From Candidatus Bathyarchaeota archaeon (GTDB taxonomy: Archaea; Thermoproteota; Bathyarchaeia; Bathyarchaeales; Bathycorpusculaceae), in contig OY969706.1 of assembly GCA_963702095.1 (NCBI GenBank), positions 576,001 through 640,000 of the forward strand: 64,000 bases of DNA. The letters run 5' to 3'. Below, one piece after another: positions 18,767 through 29,041 of the stretch. The notes under the pieces were generated by a model. The model had not been told where the DNA came from. It saw nothing but the letters and a program-made list of their open reading frames with translations, and made no database searches. Numbering within the stretch: position 1 is the first letter of the stretch; every line of letters begins with the position of its first letter. Position numbers and translations under genes: made by a program.

Positions 18767-19694
18767 TTAGGTTGGGGAAGGCGCCGTTTCAGTGGGGCGG
18801 CTGAAAAGCAGCGGTACGGCTAGGAGTGGCAGTGATAGCATCCATAGGTCCAGGTTGCTGGCCTAGGAACCAAGCGTACCAATTGCTCCAGAGATTGTTG
18901 TTTACGTCGAAGATAATCCATGACAAATACTCCCAGAGAAAATAGGCTCCCAACGCTAAAATAATTACGCCTACGATTTTTAAGTTGAGCACTGGCGGTT
19001 TGCCTCGGCTGTATGCTACGGTGTAGCCTGCCGTGAAAATTGCTAATGCCAACAGCCCCGCAATAGTCAAGACAAAACTGACTTCGTTTATGGGGTAGTT
19101 GGTTACGCCGCTCCATCCGGGGTAGGAAATGATTGAGAGCCAGATGCTTGTGTTTGTCAGCCAGAAGACAAAGATTAACAATGTGCCGGTTATCAGCGCC
19201 CACTTTGCCGCGTTTTGGGGTTTGTTTGGGTTTAGCTTGAAGGCGAAGATTAGCAATATGATGGGGAAGACGATGGCTTCCATGACGCTTGGGATAGGGC
19301 TGATCATTACGCCGATGAGGGATACGGCTGGCCCCGTTATTGAAGTGTAGACTTCTACGCCTGCGGTGGCGGCTAAGCCGAACCAGTAGATGGCTTCCAG
19401 AATCAAGATTGCTTTTAGGATTCTGTAGAGTTTGTTGGTTGGAGGCATTTCTTTTCTGAAGTAGTATGCCACTGCGGATACGGCGATGATGCTGGCGACT
19501 AATCGAGTTGCCATTCCCACTGCCGCTACAACGTCTTCTATGTAAATGTAGAATGCGAAGGTGGGGTTGTTTGTGATGCGTTCCCACTCGCCCCACCAGT
19601 TGAGGTTGAACATGCTGTGTATGTTGAATAAGAGGTAGGCGAGGGCAACGATTAGTAACCCTACTTTTAACGGTGTGATTTTCAGAGGCGACAT
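18767..19694 (-). CDS. Polytopic membrane protein; 1-nt insertion near the 3' end
   Basis: Multiple TM helices. Removing one base near 18860 gives the hydrophobic ending WFLGHNLDLWMLSLPLLAVPLLF with stop at 18767. Confidence 0.65.
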
Positions 19695-19819
19695 ATTATC
19701 CCTAGTTTGCCAATAAATCAATCGTTAAATTGGATATATTATACTTGTGGTAAAAAAAATTACCCATCGGTTATAAATACTGAAGGCATTTATTATTGAT
19801 TTGAAAGAGGCGTGTTAGC

Positions 19820-20053
19820 TTGGCGTTAACGGACAAAAACATAACCTATCTCTTGTATGCCGTTGAAGGAATAGGCGCTGCCTTCGTCGGATTGTTTTTA
19901 GCTGCGTACCTCGGAGGATTATTTGTGATTCCCCAAACAACAGTATTCCACTCAGACCCCACGGTGAAACTAACGTTGGGCGTTTTAGGCGGCATCCTGC
20001 TGGCGCTGATATTGACTTCTGTAGTCTCGGCAATTATAAAAAGAAAGCAATAA
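19820..20053 (+). CDS. Small two-TM membrane protein
   Basis: Two hydrophobic helices, basic tail, upstream TTATAAATA and GAGG. Confidence 0.7.
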   Translation: MALTDKNITYLLYAVEGIGAAFVGLFLAAYLGGLFVIPQTTVFHSDPTVKLTLGVLGGILLALILTSVVSAIIKRKQ

Positions 20054-20140
20054 CCCATTTTTGTTGCCCCCCTTAGCAGTCACATAAACTTAATGTGTCG
20101 CCATCCCTAACACCTAAATGACCCTTTAGGAGGTGGATTT

Positions 20141-20488
20141 TTGAAGAAAGAAAACGAAGAGGTAATTTCAGCCACATCCAACAAAGGCGACACCAGTTTT
20201 ATGGCATGCAAAACCGACGAAGAAAATAAAACTAAAACCTGCATGGACGTTGAAAACCCCGAGCCCCTCTCAACCAAGGCGTCTGGCAGCAAAGTTATGC
20301 TTGACAATAACACCTACGATTTGATGGAGCAACTTTTAATCGAGAACAAAAGCCTCTGGCGCATAAAGAACAACTACAAAAACGACTCTGCTATGGATAA
20401 TGAAACCCGTGAGGTCTGGAGTTTCATCGAGAAGGACAAAGAAGAACTCGTCAAGATGCTTACAGAAAAACTAAAAGAGCGCCTCTAA
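20141..20488 (+). CDS. Hypothetical protein with a helical (possibly ferritin-like) C-terminal domain
   Basis: SD GGAGGTGG upstream; DNNTYDLMEQL...KSLWRI...Y helix pair. Confidence 0.6.
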   Translation: MKKENEEVISATSNKGDTSFMACKTDEENKTKTCMDVENPEPLSTKASGSKVMLDNNTYDLMEQLLIENKSLWRIKNNYKNDSAMDNETREVWSFIEKDKEELVKMLTEKLKERL

Positions 20489-20598
20489 ACCTCAACACTC
20501 GATTTCTTCGTAAATACCAAAAAAAGTTTTCTGTATTAACCAATTTACCTTTTGAATGCCATTACTATATTCAAAATTTACATCCCGAAGATACTTCT

Positions 20599-21237
20599 CT
20601 AACTTTTCCCGCTGAAAACTTGGCGTTCACCCTCATGAAACAGGTACACTTCACCAATCACGGAGAGTTTGCCGTTGCCACAGACAAGCGCCGACCCCGC
20701 GGGCAAAGCAAAAATCGGGGTCTCAAAAGAGAACCGTTTGAGCGCTTCATCTTTCTGCGGTGTATAATGCGCTTTTAGGGTTATGTCAACTATGCCCAAG
20801 CCGTCGAGGACCCTTACTTTGGAGTTGCTTCGGATGGTTGAGACGAATCTGCTGCAAAGCGCCAAGGCACCTGCGCTTCGCCCCACGATGACTCCACGGT
20901 ATCTTTTCAGTAGCGGTTCAAGCCCAATTGTTCTGGCTCTTTCCATTAAGACGCTGGGTTGTCCGCCCGTTAGATAAATCAGGTTTGAAGCAGCAATCCT
21001 CTCAGCTAAACTGTCCCCTTCGCTGTACTCTATGAAGTCAACGGTGGAGGCGCCGAGGCTTCGCATGTAATCGACGAAGAGTTTGCGTTTCTGGTAATGC
21101 CTATCAAACGATGCTCTTGCCCAAGGAAACACCAGCACCCTCCGTGGTTGAGCGGTGTCTTCGAAGGCTTTCTGGTTAATTTCTTTGGCGCTTCTGCGGT
21201 AGACGTTTTCTCCGCCTAAAAGGTAGAGTTTGGGCAT
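20599..21237 (-). CDS. Peptidase E / S51 family (GATase-1 fold)
   Basis: IYLTGGQ, nucleophile elbow GRSAGA, AHY. Confidence 0.85.
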   Translation of the reverse strand: MPKLYLLGGENVYRRSAKEINQKAFEDTAQPRRVLVFPWARASFDRHYQKRKLFVDYMRSLGASTVDFIEYSEGDSLAERIAASNLIYLTGGQPSVLMERARTIGLEPLLKRYRGVIVGRSAGALALCSRFVSTIRSNSKVRVLDGLGIVDITLKAHYTPQKDEALKRFSFETPIFALPAGSALVCGNGKLSVIGEVYLFHEGERQVFSGKS

Positions 21238-21271
21238 AGAAGATTAATGTCGGGGTAAATTAAAAGGGCTG

Positions 21272-21973
21272 TTATGCCACAACCGCGAGGCATTTTTCGA
21301 GGTTAGCCGCTGATGCATCGTTTAATGAGTAGACGATTTTTAACCCATCATTCACTTGTGCAATCAACTGGGTGCTTTTGAGGGTTTTCATCTGCCAAGT
21401 CAGCGCCTGCGAAGTAATCGCCACTTCCCCCGCCAACTTCCCATGTGATAAGGCGCCTCTGCAACGCAGCGCCTCCAAAATCCTCCGTGTTGTACGGTGC
21501 CGTAGCAGGCAAATCAATGCCATATCCCGCTTACTAAACCGCTTCGTAACGAAAAACCGCTTGTAGCGTCCATCCCGCACAAACGAAACCAACCCTGACC
21601 GGATCAGCACACCGAGATGGTATTCCGCCAACCCCACTGGGAGACAAAGGGCACTGGCTAGGGCGCGGAAGCCGACGCCGGGGTTTTGGTTGATGTAGGT
21701 GTAGATTTGGCTTCGGGTGGTGTTGACTAGTGTGGTTTGACTGATTGCTGGGGCTTGAACGGTCAAGACGGGGGTGACGCCTAGATACGTGTACTCGTTT
21801 ATGGTTACAGCCTGGAGTCCCCGTAAGCTGGAGATGTGGACTTGAGTGGTTTGTCCTTCGGTGTAGGTGTAGTGGAAGTTTTGCTGTTCATAGAGTTGGG
21901 TAACAAAGCAGCCCACTATAATCGCCGTTAACGCCAAACTGGCTAAGAGTGTTAGTGCCCGTTTAGGTTTCAA
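21272..21973 (-). CDS. Tandem winged-HTH regulator with N-terminal membrane anchor
   Basis: TTG start, hydrophobic N-terminus, TRSQIYTYINQNPG...YHLGVL and a second HTH ITSQALTWQM. Confidence 0.75.
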   Translation of the reverse strand: MKPKRALTLLASLALTAIIVGCFVTQLYEQQNFHYTYTEGQTTQVHISSLRGLQAVTINEYTYLGVTPVLTVQAPAISQTTLVNTTRSQIYTYINQNPGVGFRALASALCLPVGLAEYHLGVLIRSGLVSFVRDGRYKRFFVTKRFSKRDMALICLLRHRTTRRILEALRCRGALSHGKLAGEVAITSQALTWQMKTLKSTQLIAQVNDGLKIVYSLNDASAANLEKCLAVVA

Positions 21974-22268
21974 AGTTTTCCCTGTTAGGAACTCTGTGTT
22001 TAGGTTTTTAACCTTATTTGTAAACGACTGTACTAGTAAAAAAACCTTATGTCCTATAAACCGAGTATACCATCGATGCAAAATGGCGCTAGCCCAAGGC
22101 TATGTTGAGTATAAACGCAGAAAATTCTGCACACGCCAAAAATGCGGCGCCACCTGCCTCTACACCACCCTACAGTTCCACCAATGGCTCAATGAAAAAG
22201 GCTACTTGATCCTTAAACTAGAAGAAAAATAAGAAGGTTGAAAAATCAACCGTTGTTTTAGACAAAAT

Positions 22269-22853
22269 TTAGGCTTGGGCTGCCGTCACCGCAACATCGA
22301 AACTGTAGCTGAATTGCTGGTCTGGCGTGTAGTTGGCGTTGTTAGGTGTTAAGAAAGCTATCAGTGACATGTAGTAGTATTGTCCGGGTTGGATGGGTTG
22401 TTGGCTTGTGGCTTGGTCGGCTCCAAAAGCGCCGTTGATGGTGCCAAAGTACCCGCAGGTCAAGGTTAAGTCGACGTTTGAAGGCACGTTTTTGCTAGTT
22501 ACTGCTGCATTTACTGATATGGGGACTGTGCCGTCATTGTGGACAACTACGCATGTGGGTATCCAACCAGCGTTGTGGCCGCTTAAGGGGTCAACGACGA
22601 CGGTGTTGAGGGCGCCGTTGGTTATGGTTGTGGGGTAGGCTGTGCCGTTAGGAAAAAAAAGCGAGAATTGAACCGTTGGAGTGTTGCTGCTTGTGGTGGG
22701 GGCGGCGGTGGGTCCTGTTGGGGGGAGGTTGTGGGGGTATTTGGCGTTTCCTGATACATGAATCATCTGTGTTTGGTTTACGGCTGCAGCTACTAAGGGG
22801 ACTGCGATCACTAAAATCAGTCCGATTGCTAAAAAAAGGAACTTTCGATTCAT
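22269..22853 (-). CDS. Secreted/anchored hypothetical protein
   Basis: Signal peptide, beta-rich body, SD GAGGTG. Confidence 0.7.
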   Translation of the reverse strand: MNRKFLFLAIGLILVIAVPLVAAAVNQTQMIHVSGNAKYPHNLPPTGPTAAPTTSSNTPTVQFSLFFPNGTAYPTTITNGALNTVVVDPLSGHNAGWIPTCVVVHNDGTVPISVNAAVTSKNVPSNVDLTLTCGYFGTINGAFGADQATSQQPIQPGQYYYMSLIAFLTPNNANYTPDQQFSYSFDVAVTAAQA

Positions 22854-23082
22854 TTGTTCACCTCTAAAAACCGATAATTAAGTATAGGTTTTGTCAGATT
22901 TATACTTACAGTTCAACTGAAAAGGTAACTTTGACATACTATAAATATTAATCCGCGAATTGTTTTGAACAAAATAATTCAGGCACCAAAAAAGCGTGCT
23001 ATAACTGCAAACTATACAGTTAATTGGCGGGAAAGCACTACACAGGAACCTAAACGACTAAGGATAAGTCATTCTAAGTCCA

Positions 23083-23208
23083 TTACTCGAATGCGGTGTG
23101 GAGTTCCACGTTTTTGCAGTTAGGACACTGGTAAAAAACGATTGTGCCGTCTTCGGATATTTCTCCTCTGGATTCCATCGCGGTTTTACAGTATGAGCAT
23201 TTGTACAT
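23083..23208 (-). CDS. 41-aa zinc-finger microprotein (not in the ORF track)
   Basis: MYKCSYCKTAMESRGEISEDGTIVFYQCPNCKNVELHTAFE*; two CxxC pairs, GTGA before the ATG, CTTATAT about 45 nt upstream. Confidence 0.75.
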   Translation of the reverse strand: MYKCSYCKTAMESRGEISEDGTIVFYQCPNCKNVELHTAFE

Positions 23209-23392
23209 TATTTCACTTTCAGTAGGTTTAGATGTCTACTGTTTGAGTGGATATAAGGTTGATTGTGAAGTTATCTTAACTTTTCATAAACACCTTGACA
23301 AACGTTCCACACGCTAAACGCTCTATCTGCACCCAGCCAAAAGCATAAAGTTATTTAATTCTTCAGCCAACCTCTCTCTCGGAGAAATCACA

Positions 23393-24190
23393 ATGGAGTG
23401 GGGCATGCAAAACCGCTTAAGCAGGCTATTCCAGAAAGATGGAAAAGCATTATTTTTACCCATAGACCACGGGTACTTCCAAGGCCCAACACACTGCCTC
23501 GAAAAACCCGGAGAAACCATAAAACCAATCATCCAATACGCCGACGGCTTAATGCTCACACGAGGTGTCTTACGGAACTGTGTCAGCCCAGCAATCGACA
23601 AACCCGTCATCATGCGGGTCTCCGGCGCAGTCTCAGTAGTTGGAGAAGACTTAGCCAACGAAAGCGTAGTCACCTCGATTGGGGAAATCCTCCGCTTAAA
23701 CGCCTCAGCCGTATCAATGTCAGTTTTCGTCGGGACAAAATACGAAAACAAAAGCTTAACCAACCTCGCAAAACTCATCGACGAATGCGAAGACTACGGT
23801 GTACCAGTCATGGCAGTATGTGCAGTCGGCAAAGAACTAGAAAAACGAGAAGCACGCTACCTTGCCTTAGCAGCCAGAATCGTTGCAGAGATCGGCGCAA
23901 GAGTCGTCAAAACCTATTACTGTAAAGAAAAATTCGAGAAAATCGTCGAAGGCTGCCCAGTTCCAGTTGTAATTGCAGGCGGACCCAAAACTGAAACTCA
24001 GCGGGAAGTCTTCGACTTCGTCTATGATGGCTTGCAGAAGGGTGCGGCAGGTGTCAACTTGGGACGCAACATCTGGCAGACCCAGTACCCCGTTGCTTCC
24101 ATCCGTGCTATCCGTGCTATAATCCACGACGGCTACAATGTGCAGGAAGCCGACGACCTCTACAACCAAATAGTGGCGGGCAAAGCCTAA
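23393..24190 (+). CDS. lsrF: LsrF-like class I aldolase/thiolase
   Basis: WGMQNRLSR, DHGYFQGPT, VKTYY, PVVIAGGPK, GRNIWQ. Confidence 0.8.
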   Translation: MEWGMQNRLSRLFQKDGKALFLPIDHGYFQGPTHCLEKPGETIKPIIQYADGLMLTRGVLRNCVSPAIDKPVIMRVSGAVSVVGEDLANESVVTSIGEILRLNASAVSMSVFVGTKYENKSLTNLAKLIDECEDYGVPVMAVCAVGKELEKREARYLALAARIVAEIGARVVKTYYCKEKFEKIVEGCPVPVVIAGGPKTETQREVFDFVYDGLQKGAAGVNLGRNIWQTQYPVASIRAIRAIIHDGYNVQEADDLYNQIVAGKA

Positions 24191-24213
24191 CCTTTCCCTT
24201 TTTTGGTGATTTT

Positions 24214-25242
24214 TTGTTAGCTGCTTTTTACTACAACAACCATGATGTTCGTATCCAGGAGATTCCTACCCCTAAAATCGGCGAGGAAGAGGTGTTGCTC
24301 AAAGTTATGGCGAGCGGCATCTGCGGCAGCGACGTCATCGAATGGTACCGTGTGCCCAAGGCGCCGCGTGTTTTGGGTCACGAAGCCACAGGCGTCTTGA
24401 CTCAAGTTGGTGCTAAAGTCAAGGATTACACAGTGGGTGACCGCGTATTCGTTTCACACCACGTCCCCTGCTATGAGTGTCGCCACTGCATACGCGGCAA
24501 CCAAACCGCCTGCCACACACTCCACACCACCAACTACTACCCCGGTGGCTTCGCACAATACGTCCAAGTTCCAAAAATCAACGTGCAACATGGCATCTAC
24601 AAACTCCCAGAAGCCATGAGCTTCGAGGAAGGCACCTTCATCGAGCCTCTCGCATGTGTCTCCCGCGGACAACGGTTGGCAGCGCTAAAAAGCGACGACA
24701 CCGTGCTCGTCATCGGCAGCGGCATCTCGGGCATACTCCATGTGCAGCTTGCCAAATTCAAAGGCGTAGAACGCGTCATAGTAGCTGACATCAACCCCTA
24801 CCGCCTTGACCTGGCGAAGAAATTCGGTGCTCACTATGCGCTAGACGCAAAAGCCAACCTGCCGGAGAAACTCAAAGAAATCAACGACGGCCACCTAGCT
24901 GACCAAGTCATCGTCTGCACAGGCGCAACCTCCGCGGCACTGTCGGCGATGGACTGCGTGGAAAACGGCGGAACCATCCTCTTCTTCGCAGTGCCCGAAC
25001 CAACGGTGAAGTTGCCTGTGCCCATCAACCAGTTCTGGCGCAACGAAATCACCATGCGCACCAGTTACGGCGCCGCCCCCAACGACATCGAAGACTCACT
25101 CCATGTACTCTCAACGGGCGAGTTAAACGTCAAAGACATGATTACACATCGTTTACCCCTTACCGAGGCACAGGAAGGCTTCCGACTGATGGCTGAAGCA
25201 GGCAACTCGCTCAAAGTAATTTTGGTTCCCAACAGAGAATAG
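24214..25242 (+). CDS. Zn-dependent alcohol/polyol dehydrogenase
   Basis: GICGSD, GHE, CYECRHC...C, GSGISG. Confidence 0.9.
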   Translation: MLAAFYYNNHDVRIQEIPTPKIGEEEVLLKVMASGICGSDVIEWYRVPKAPRVLGHEATGVLTQVGAKVKDYTVGDRVFVSHHVPCYECRHCIRGNQTACHTLHTTNYYPGGFAQYVQVPKINVQHGIYKLPEAMSFEEGTFIEPLACVSRGQRLAALKSDDTVLVIGSGISGILHVQLAKFKGVERVIVADINPYRLDLAKKFGAHYALDAKANLPEKLKEINDGHLADQVIVCTGATSAALSAMDCVENGGTILFFAVPEPTVKLPVPINQFWRNEITMRTSYGAAPNDIEDSLHVLSTGELNVKDMITHRLPLTEAQEGFRLMAEAGNSLKVILVPNRE

Positions 25243-25273
25243 AAATAAAAAGCAAATCCATCTACCTTTCTTT

Positions 25274-25891
25274 ATGTCAAGTTTGTATGAAGTGATCCGG
25301 CAAAGGCGTAGCATCCGCAAATACCAATCCAAAGAAGTGCCTGACTCGAAAGTTCTCGAGGTTTTAGAGGCGACTGGCTGGGCTCCTTCCGCTCATAATT
25401 CGCAGCCTTGGCGGTTCATATTTCTGCGTGACTCCAAAGTCAAATATGAATTGGCTGAGCGGATGGCTGAAGCCTGGGCAGCCGACTTGGTCCATAATGG
25501 ATATGAGATTGATGAAAGAATGCACCAAGAACGTATGAAGCGGTTTGCAAAGTCGCCAGTTATGGTTCTTGCGTGTTTGACTATGGAGGGTCTGAGGAAA
25601 TTTTCCGATGAGCGACAGGTAATTGAACGCGATTTGGCTGTGGAGAGTTTAGCAGCCGGGATAGAGAACCTGTTGCTGGCGGCGCATGCGGCGGGTTTGG
25701 GGGCTTGCTGGTATTGTGCACCCGCATTTTGCAAAGACATTGTCCGTGAAGTGCTCAAGATTCCCAGTGAAGTAGAGCCTTCGGCGTTGATTGTAATGGG
25801 GTATCCAGCCGAGAAGACGCCTACGCCGCCCAAAAAAGCCCTAAAAGAATATTGTTACCTTGACGTTTGGGGTCAACCTTTAGATTTTTAA
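25274..25891 (+). CDS. Nitroreductase family protein
   Basis: RRSIRKY, APSAHNSQPWRF, LLLAAHAAGLGACW. Confidence 0.9.
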   Translation: MSSLYEVIRQRRSIRKYQSKEVPDSKVLEVLEATGWAPSAHNSQPWRFIFLRDSKVKYELAERMAEAWAADLVHNGYEIDERMHQERMKRFAKSPVMVLACLTMEGLRKFSDERQVIERDLAVESLAAGIENLLLAAHAAGLGACWYCAPAFCKDIVREVLKIPSEVEPSALIVMGYPAEKTPTPPKKALKEYCYLDVWGQPLDF

Positions 25892-26274
25892 ATCCAGTCA
25901 GTTTTAATTTCTTTGACAGCCTTAAAATGTGGGTCATCAGAGAGGCAAGTTGCGTTTAGAGACAACGCTGTTGCGGCTATAATACTATCAGCCATAGACA
26001 TATTGTACTTTGACCTTAACTCAGCTGATGATTTCGCAATATCAGTTGTGACATCGATTACTTCAAAGTCCTGCTCAACCAATGCTGTTCTTAGCTTGGC
26101 CGTTTCTTTGCCATTCTTTCGGAGTGTAACTTGATAAACCTCATGTAAAACTATTACAGAGACAAACCGTTCTTTTGTAGACCTTGCTTTTTCAGTCAGT
26201 TTCTTACTCTGAACTTCATTTGTCGAATAGTAGCCAGCCATAAAAAACCGTGTATCAAAAACAGCTCTATTCAT
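25888..26274 (-). CDS. vapC: PIN-domain toxin
   Basis: VFDT, LHEV, SMADSIIAATA, SDDPHF; overlaps the antitoxin stop. Confidence 0.88.
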   Translation of the reverse strand: MNRAVFDTRFFMAGYYSTNEVQSKKLTEKARSTKERFVSVIVLHEVYQVTLRKNGKETAKLRTALVEQDFEVIDVTTDIAKSSAELRSKYNMSMADSIIAATALSLNATCLSDDPHFKAVKEIKTDWI

Positions 26275-26512
26275 CTTGAGCCCTGAGTTCATCAAGCAGT
26301 TTATTGATTTCTTCTACAGTAGCAGAGCCGGCGCCTGAACCAAAGAGGTCGAATGTGGTTAATTTGCGCCTCAGTAATATTCCATCGCCTGTATCGGTAA
26401 CTTGAAGCTTTGTGCCTTCTTCTATTTTGTATTTTCTTCTTAGCTTAACAGGTATTGTTGTTTGGCCTTTTCTTGTAACCAGTACCTCGGCTTCAAATTC
26501 TGCTTCTAACAC
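26267..26512 (-). CDS. vapB: AbrB/MazE-type antitoxin
   Basis: VTRKGQTTIPVKLRRKYKIEEG. Confidence 0.88.
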   Translation of the reverse strand: MLEAEFEAEVLVTRKGQTTIPVKLRRKYKIEEGTKLQVTDTGDGILLRRKLTTFDLFGSGAGSATVEEINKLLDELRAQDE

Positions 26513-26616
26513 TCTACTCGCTCTCCTCTTGATAATAGTGCCATTGCACGAGTAGTACTTATAAGAATTTTCTTTTTTGTACTACATTGAGAAACTTGAG
26601 TAAAAAGTCGGCGTTA

Positions 26617-26946
26617 TTACTTTATCATTGTCAACAACATCTTGAACTTAGTCTTCGCCGATAAGGCATGCGGCTGATTTGCAGGCATAATCGTCATTTC
26701 ACCAGGTCGCAGCATAAAGGGTTTGCCTGTAATTGTAACTTCAACGGTGCCGTCCAATACATAAACCAACGCATCGTAAGGCGTTGTATGCTCGCTTAAA
26801 CCCTGACCCTCATCAAACGCAAACAACGTCACGGTTCCAGTTTTCTTGTCGATTATAGTTCGGCTTACAACAGCGCCTCCCTGATAACCGAATAGAGCGG
26901 AGAGGTTTTGGGCTTGTGCAATCAGATTTTCTTTTTCTGCAGACAT
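26617..26946 (-). CDS. Cupin domain protein
   Basis: LFAFDEGQGLSEHT, MPANQPHAL. Confidence 0.9.
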   Translation of the reverse strand: MSAEKENLIAQAQNLSALFGYQGGAVVSRTIIDKKTGTVTLFAFDEGQGLSEHTTPYDALVYVLDGTVEVTITGKPFMLRPGEMTIMPANQPHALSAKTKFKMLLTMIK

Positions 26947-27000
26947 AACTATCAATGGTGTTTAGTTTTGTTTCATTTAAAAGGACTTGGTAACTTGAGG

Positions 27001-27390
27001 CTATTCTGGTTTGTCCGGTATGAAATCCATTGACATCGAGTTAACACAGTGCCGCGTGTTTTTCTCTGTGAACTGTTCGCCTGTGAAGACGTGGCCAAGG
27101 TGGGCTCCGCAGTTGGCGCATTCAATCTCTGTCCGCATTCCATCCGGGTCGGGCAATCGTTTCACTGCGCCGGGGATTTGGTCGTCGAAGCTGGGCCAGC
27201 CGCAGTTGGCTTCAAACTTGTTTTCGGAGCGGTAGAGTTTGGCGCCGCAGCGTTTGCAGACATAAGTGCCTTTTTCCCAGAACGCATAGTATTTGCCTGT
27301 GAAAGGCATCTCAGTGCCTTTGTGAACGATAACCTGTTCTTCCTCGGGTGTGAGCTCCTTTGGTTTAGTTTGTTCTTGAGAAGACGACAA
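27001..27390 (-). CDS. msrB: Peptide methionine-R-sulfoxide reductase
   Basis: GTEMPFTG, CGWPSF, HLGHVF, RHCVNS (Cys form). Confidence 0.95.
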   Translation of the reverse strand: MSSSQEQTKPKELTPEEEQVIVHKGTEMPFTGKYYAFWEKGTYVCKRCGAKLYRSENKFEANCGWPSFDDQIPGAVKRLPDPDGMRTEIECANCGAHLGHVFTGEQFTEKNTRHCVNSMSMDFIPDKPE

Positions 27391-27488
27391 AACAACACAA
27401 CCAACAACATATTGGAGCCGAACGTAAAAAAGGATTCTAAATAACAGATATAAGAGGGCGCTTGCATCTTTTAGTTGAGGTTACTTAT

Positions 27489-27770
27489 ATGGTTGAAATT
27501 ACTAGATTATTTTGGAAGAAAGTTTTCACCAAAGACAACTATGAACTAGGCGAATTGCACAGTGCAGACGTAGATATGGGCACTTGGCAAATCATAAGCT
27601 TATACATCAACTTAAGTGACGAAGCAGCACGTGCACTTGGGTTTAAACAGCCTTTTCTTGGAAAAGTTGTGGTTTGCCTACCAGTTGCCGATGTGAAATC
27701 AGTCGCTGACGTTGCAATCCTAAACCACACGCTCGAGGAACTACGCAACTTAAAACAATGTAAAGAATAA
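27489..27770 (+). CDS. PRC-barrel-like protein
   Basis: KKVFTKDNYELGE...VDMGTWQI...VKSVADVAIL pattern. Confidence 0.7.
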   Translation: MVEITRLFWKKVFTKDNYELGELHSADVDMGTWQIISLYINLSDEAARALGFKQPFLGKVVVCLPVADVKSVADVAILNHTLEELRNLKQCKE

Positions 27771-28004
27771 CTATCGCTTATGAATCAGCTGGACTTCGTC
27801 TCTGACGCGGTTTCTGCTCCGCCGTTCAGCGTAAAGCGAAAAGACTGCGCCGAACAATGCGACTGTCGACACGATTGCCGCGGCAATGAGAAACGGCGAG
27901 GGCAGACTGGAGGCGGATATGGCGGAAGTAATTATGAGTAAAAGGGCGGATGCAAGCAGGATTAAGAGCAGCAGGATAGGGATGGTTTTCTTCATTTTAG
28001 TCAC
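27771..28004 (-). CDS. Small two-TM membrane protein
   Basis: Two hydrophobic segments, basic tail, TATA plus palindrome upstream. Confidence 0.6.
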   Translation of the reverse strand: MTKMKKTIPILLLLILLASALLLIITSAISASSLPSPFLIAAAIVSTVALFGAVFSLYAERRSRNRVRDEVQLIHKR

Positions 28005-28028
28005 CGCTTTTTTCTGGTAGGTTTTTGT

Positions 28029-28058
28029 TTAAAAGATTTCTTGTCAAGGTTTCTTGAC
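28029..28058 (-). promoter_or_regulatory. Palindrome GTCAAG-AAAC-CTTGAC, 8 nt upstream of TTTTAA
   Basis: Same 16-mer and spacing as 3861-3890. Confidence 0.7.
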
Positions 28059-28465
28059 TCAGAAACCGAGTTTAGTCCAGAACAGTTGACAAACTAAACC
28101 CCTTATATAGTAGTGGAGAGGTTTTCGGTTCTGCTTGAGGTTTGCTCCACAACCAGCATGCAACCCAAATCCGTTGCAGAACAAAAAACACATCCGCCCA
28201 CCAAGCCCATGGGAAGAAGAAGAGTAAGGGGGACACTGCCTTCTTCTAAGACTAGAAAAGCAAAAAGCCCAAACCTGATCCCAATAATGTAAGCGTATAA
28301 TAGTGGTGGTTTTGCGTCGGCGACCGCTAATTTGCGTTTTCAATACATCCCCATAGGCATGGAAGAATCATCTGCCGTAATGCTCAAACTTTATCTACTT
28401 CACACCAGCATTTTTGAGAACAATGCACTTACAGGTGCCATCCGATTAACACAGGTGTATCCTTT

Positions 28466-29041
28466 ATGACTGAGGTAACAACAAATCAAACCCAGCAGGG
28501 TAAGGATCAACCGATAAAAGCATCGGAAATTGACCCGAAATTCAAGTATGAGCTCCAGAAAATCCATGGAAGCGAAAACATCCTCAAATGCTTCCAATGT
28601 GGCACATGCACCTCTGACTGCCCAGTTGCAAGGTTCAGCGATTCCTACCGCCCACGTACTCTCATTCACATGGCGCAGTTGGGGCTAAAAGACCGCGTTT
28701 TAAATAGCGACACTCTTTGGTTGTGTGCCGCGTGCTTTACGTGCACAGACCGCTGCCCCCAAGACGTCGAAGTCGCCAACGTGATCCGCGTCTTCCGTAA
28801 CCTTGCTGCTGAGAAAGGCTGCATTCCACAGGTCTTCAAAGACCAAGCTCAGAGCCTAGTTGAAACCGGTTACGCTTACAGGATTCCCGAGTTACGCGTT
28901 AAGAAGCGGGAGCAGCAGGGTTTGCCGCCTCTGCCCAAAGGCAACCCCGAATCCGTGAAGAAGGTGCTTAAGGGCGTTAAATTCTTTGAGCGAACCCAAC
29001 CTTCTAAACCTTCAGGAGAGAACCCGAATGTCAAGCAATAA
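28466..29041 (+). CDS. hdrC: Heterodisulfide reductase subunit C
   Basis: CFQCGTCTSDCP, WLCAACFTCTDRCP. Confidence 0.92.
   Translation: MTEVTTNQTQQGKDQPIKASEIDPKFKYELQKIHGSENILKCFQCGTCTSDCPVARFSDSYRPRTLIHMAQLGLKDRVLNSDTLWLCAACFTCTDRCPQDVEVANVIRVFRNLAAEKGCIPQVFKDQAQSLVETGYAYRIPELRVKKREQQGLPPLPKGNPESVKKVLKGVKFFERTQPSKPSGENPNVKQ

Noticed and set aside
25888-26512. vapBC pair as part of a defence island
   Set aside because: It is an isolated, common type II TA module with no other defence genes nearby.
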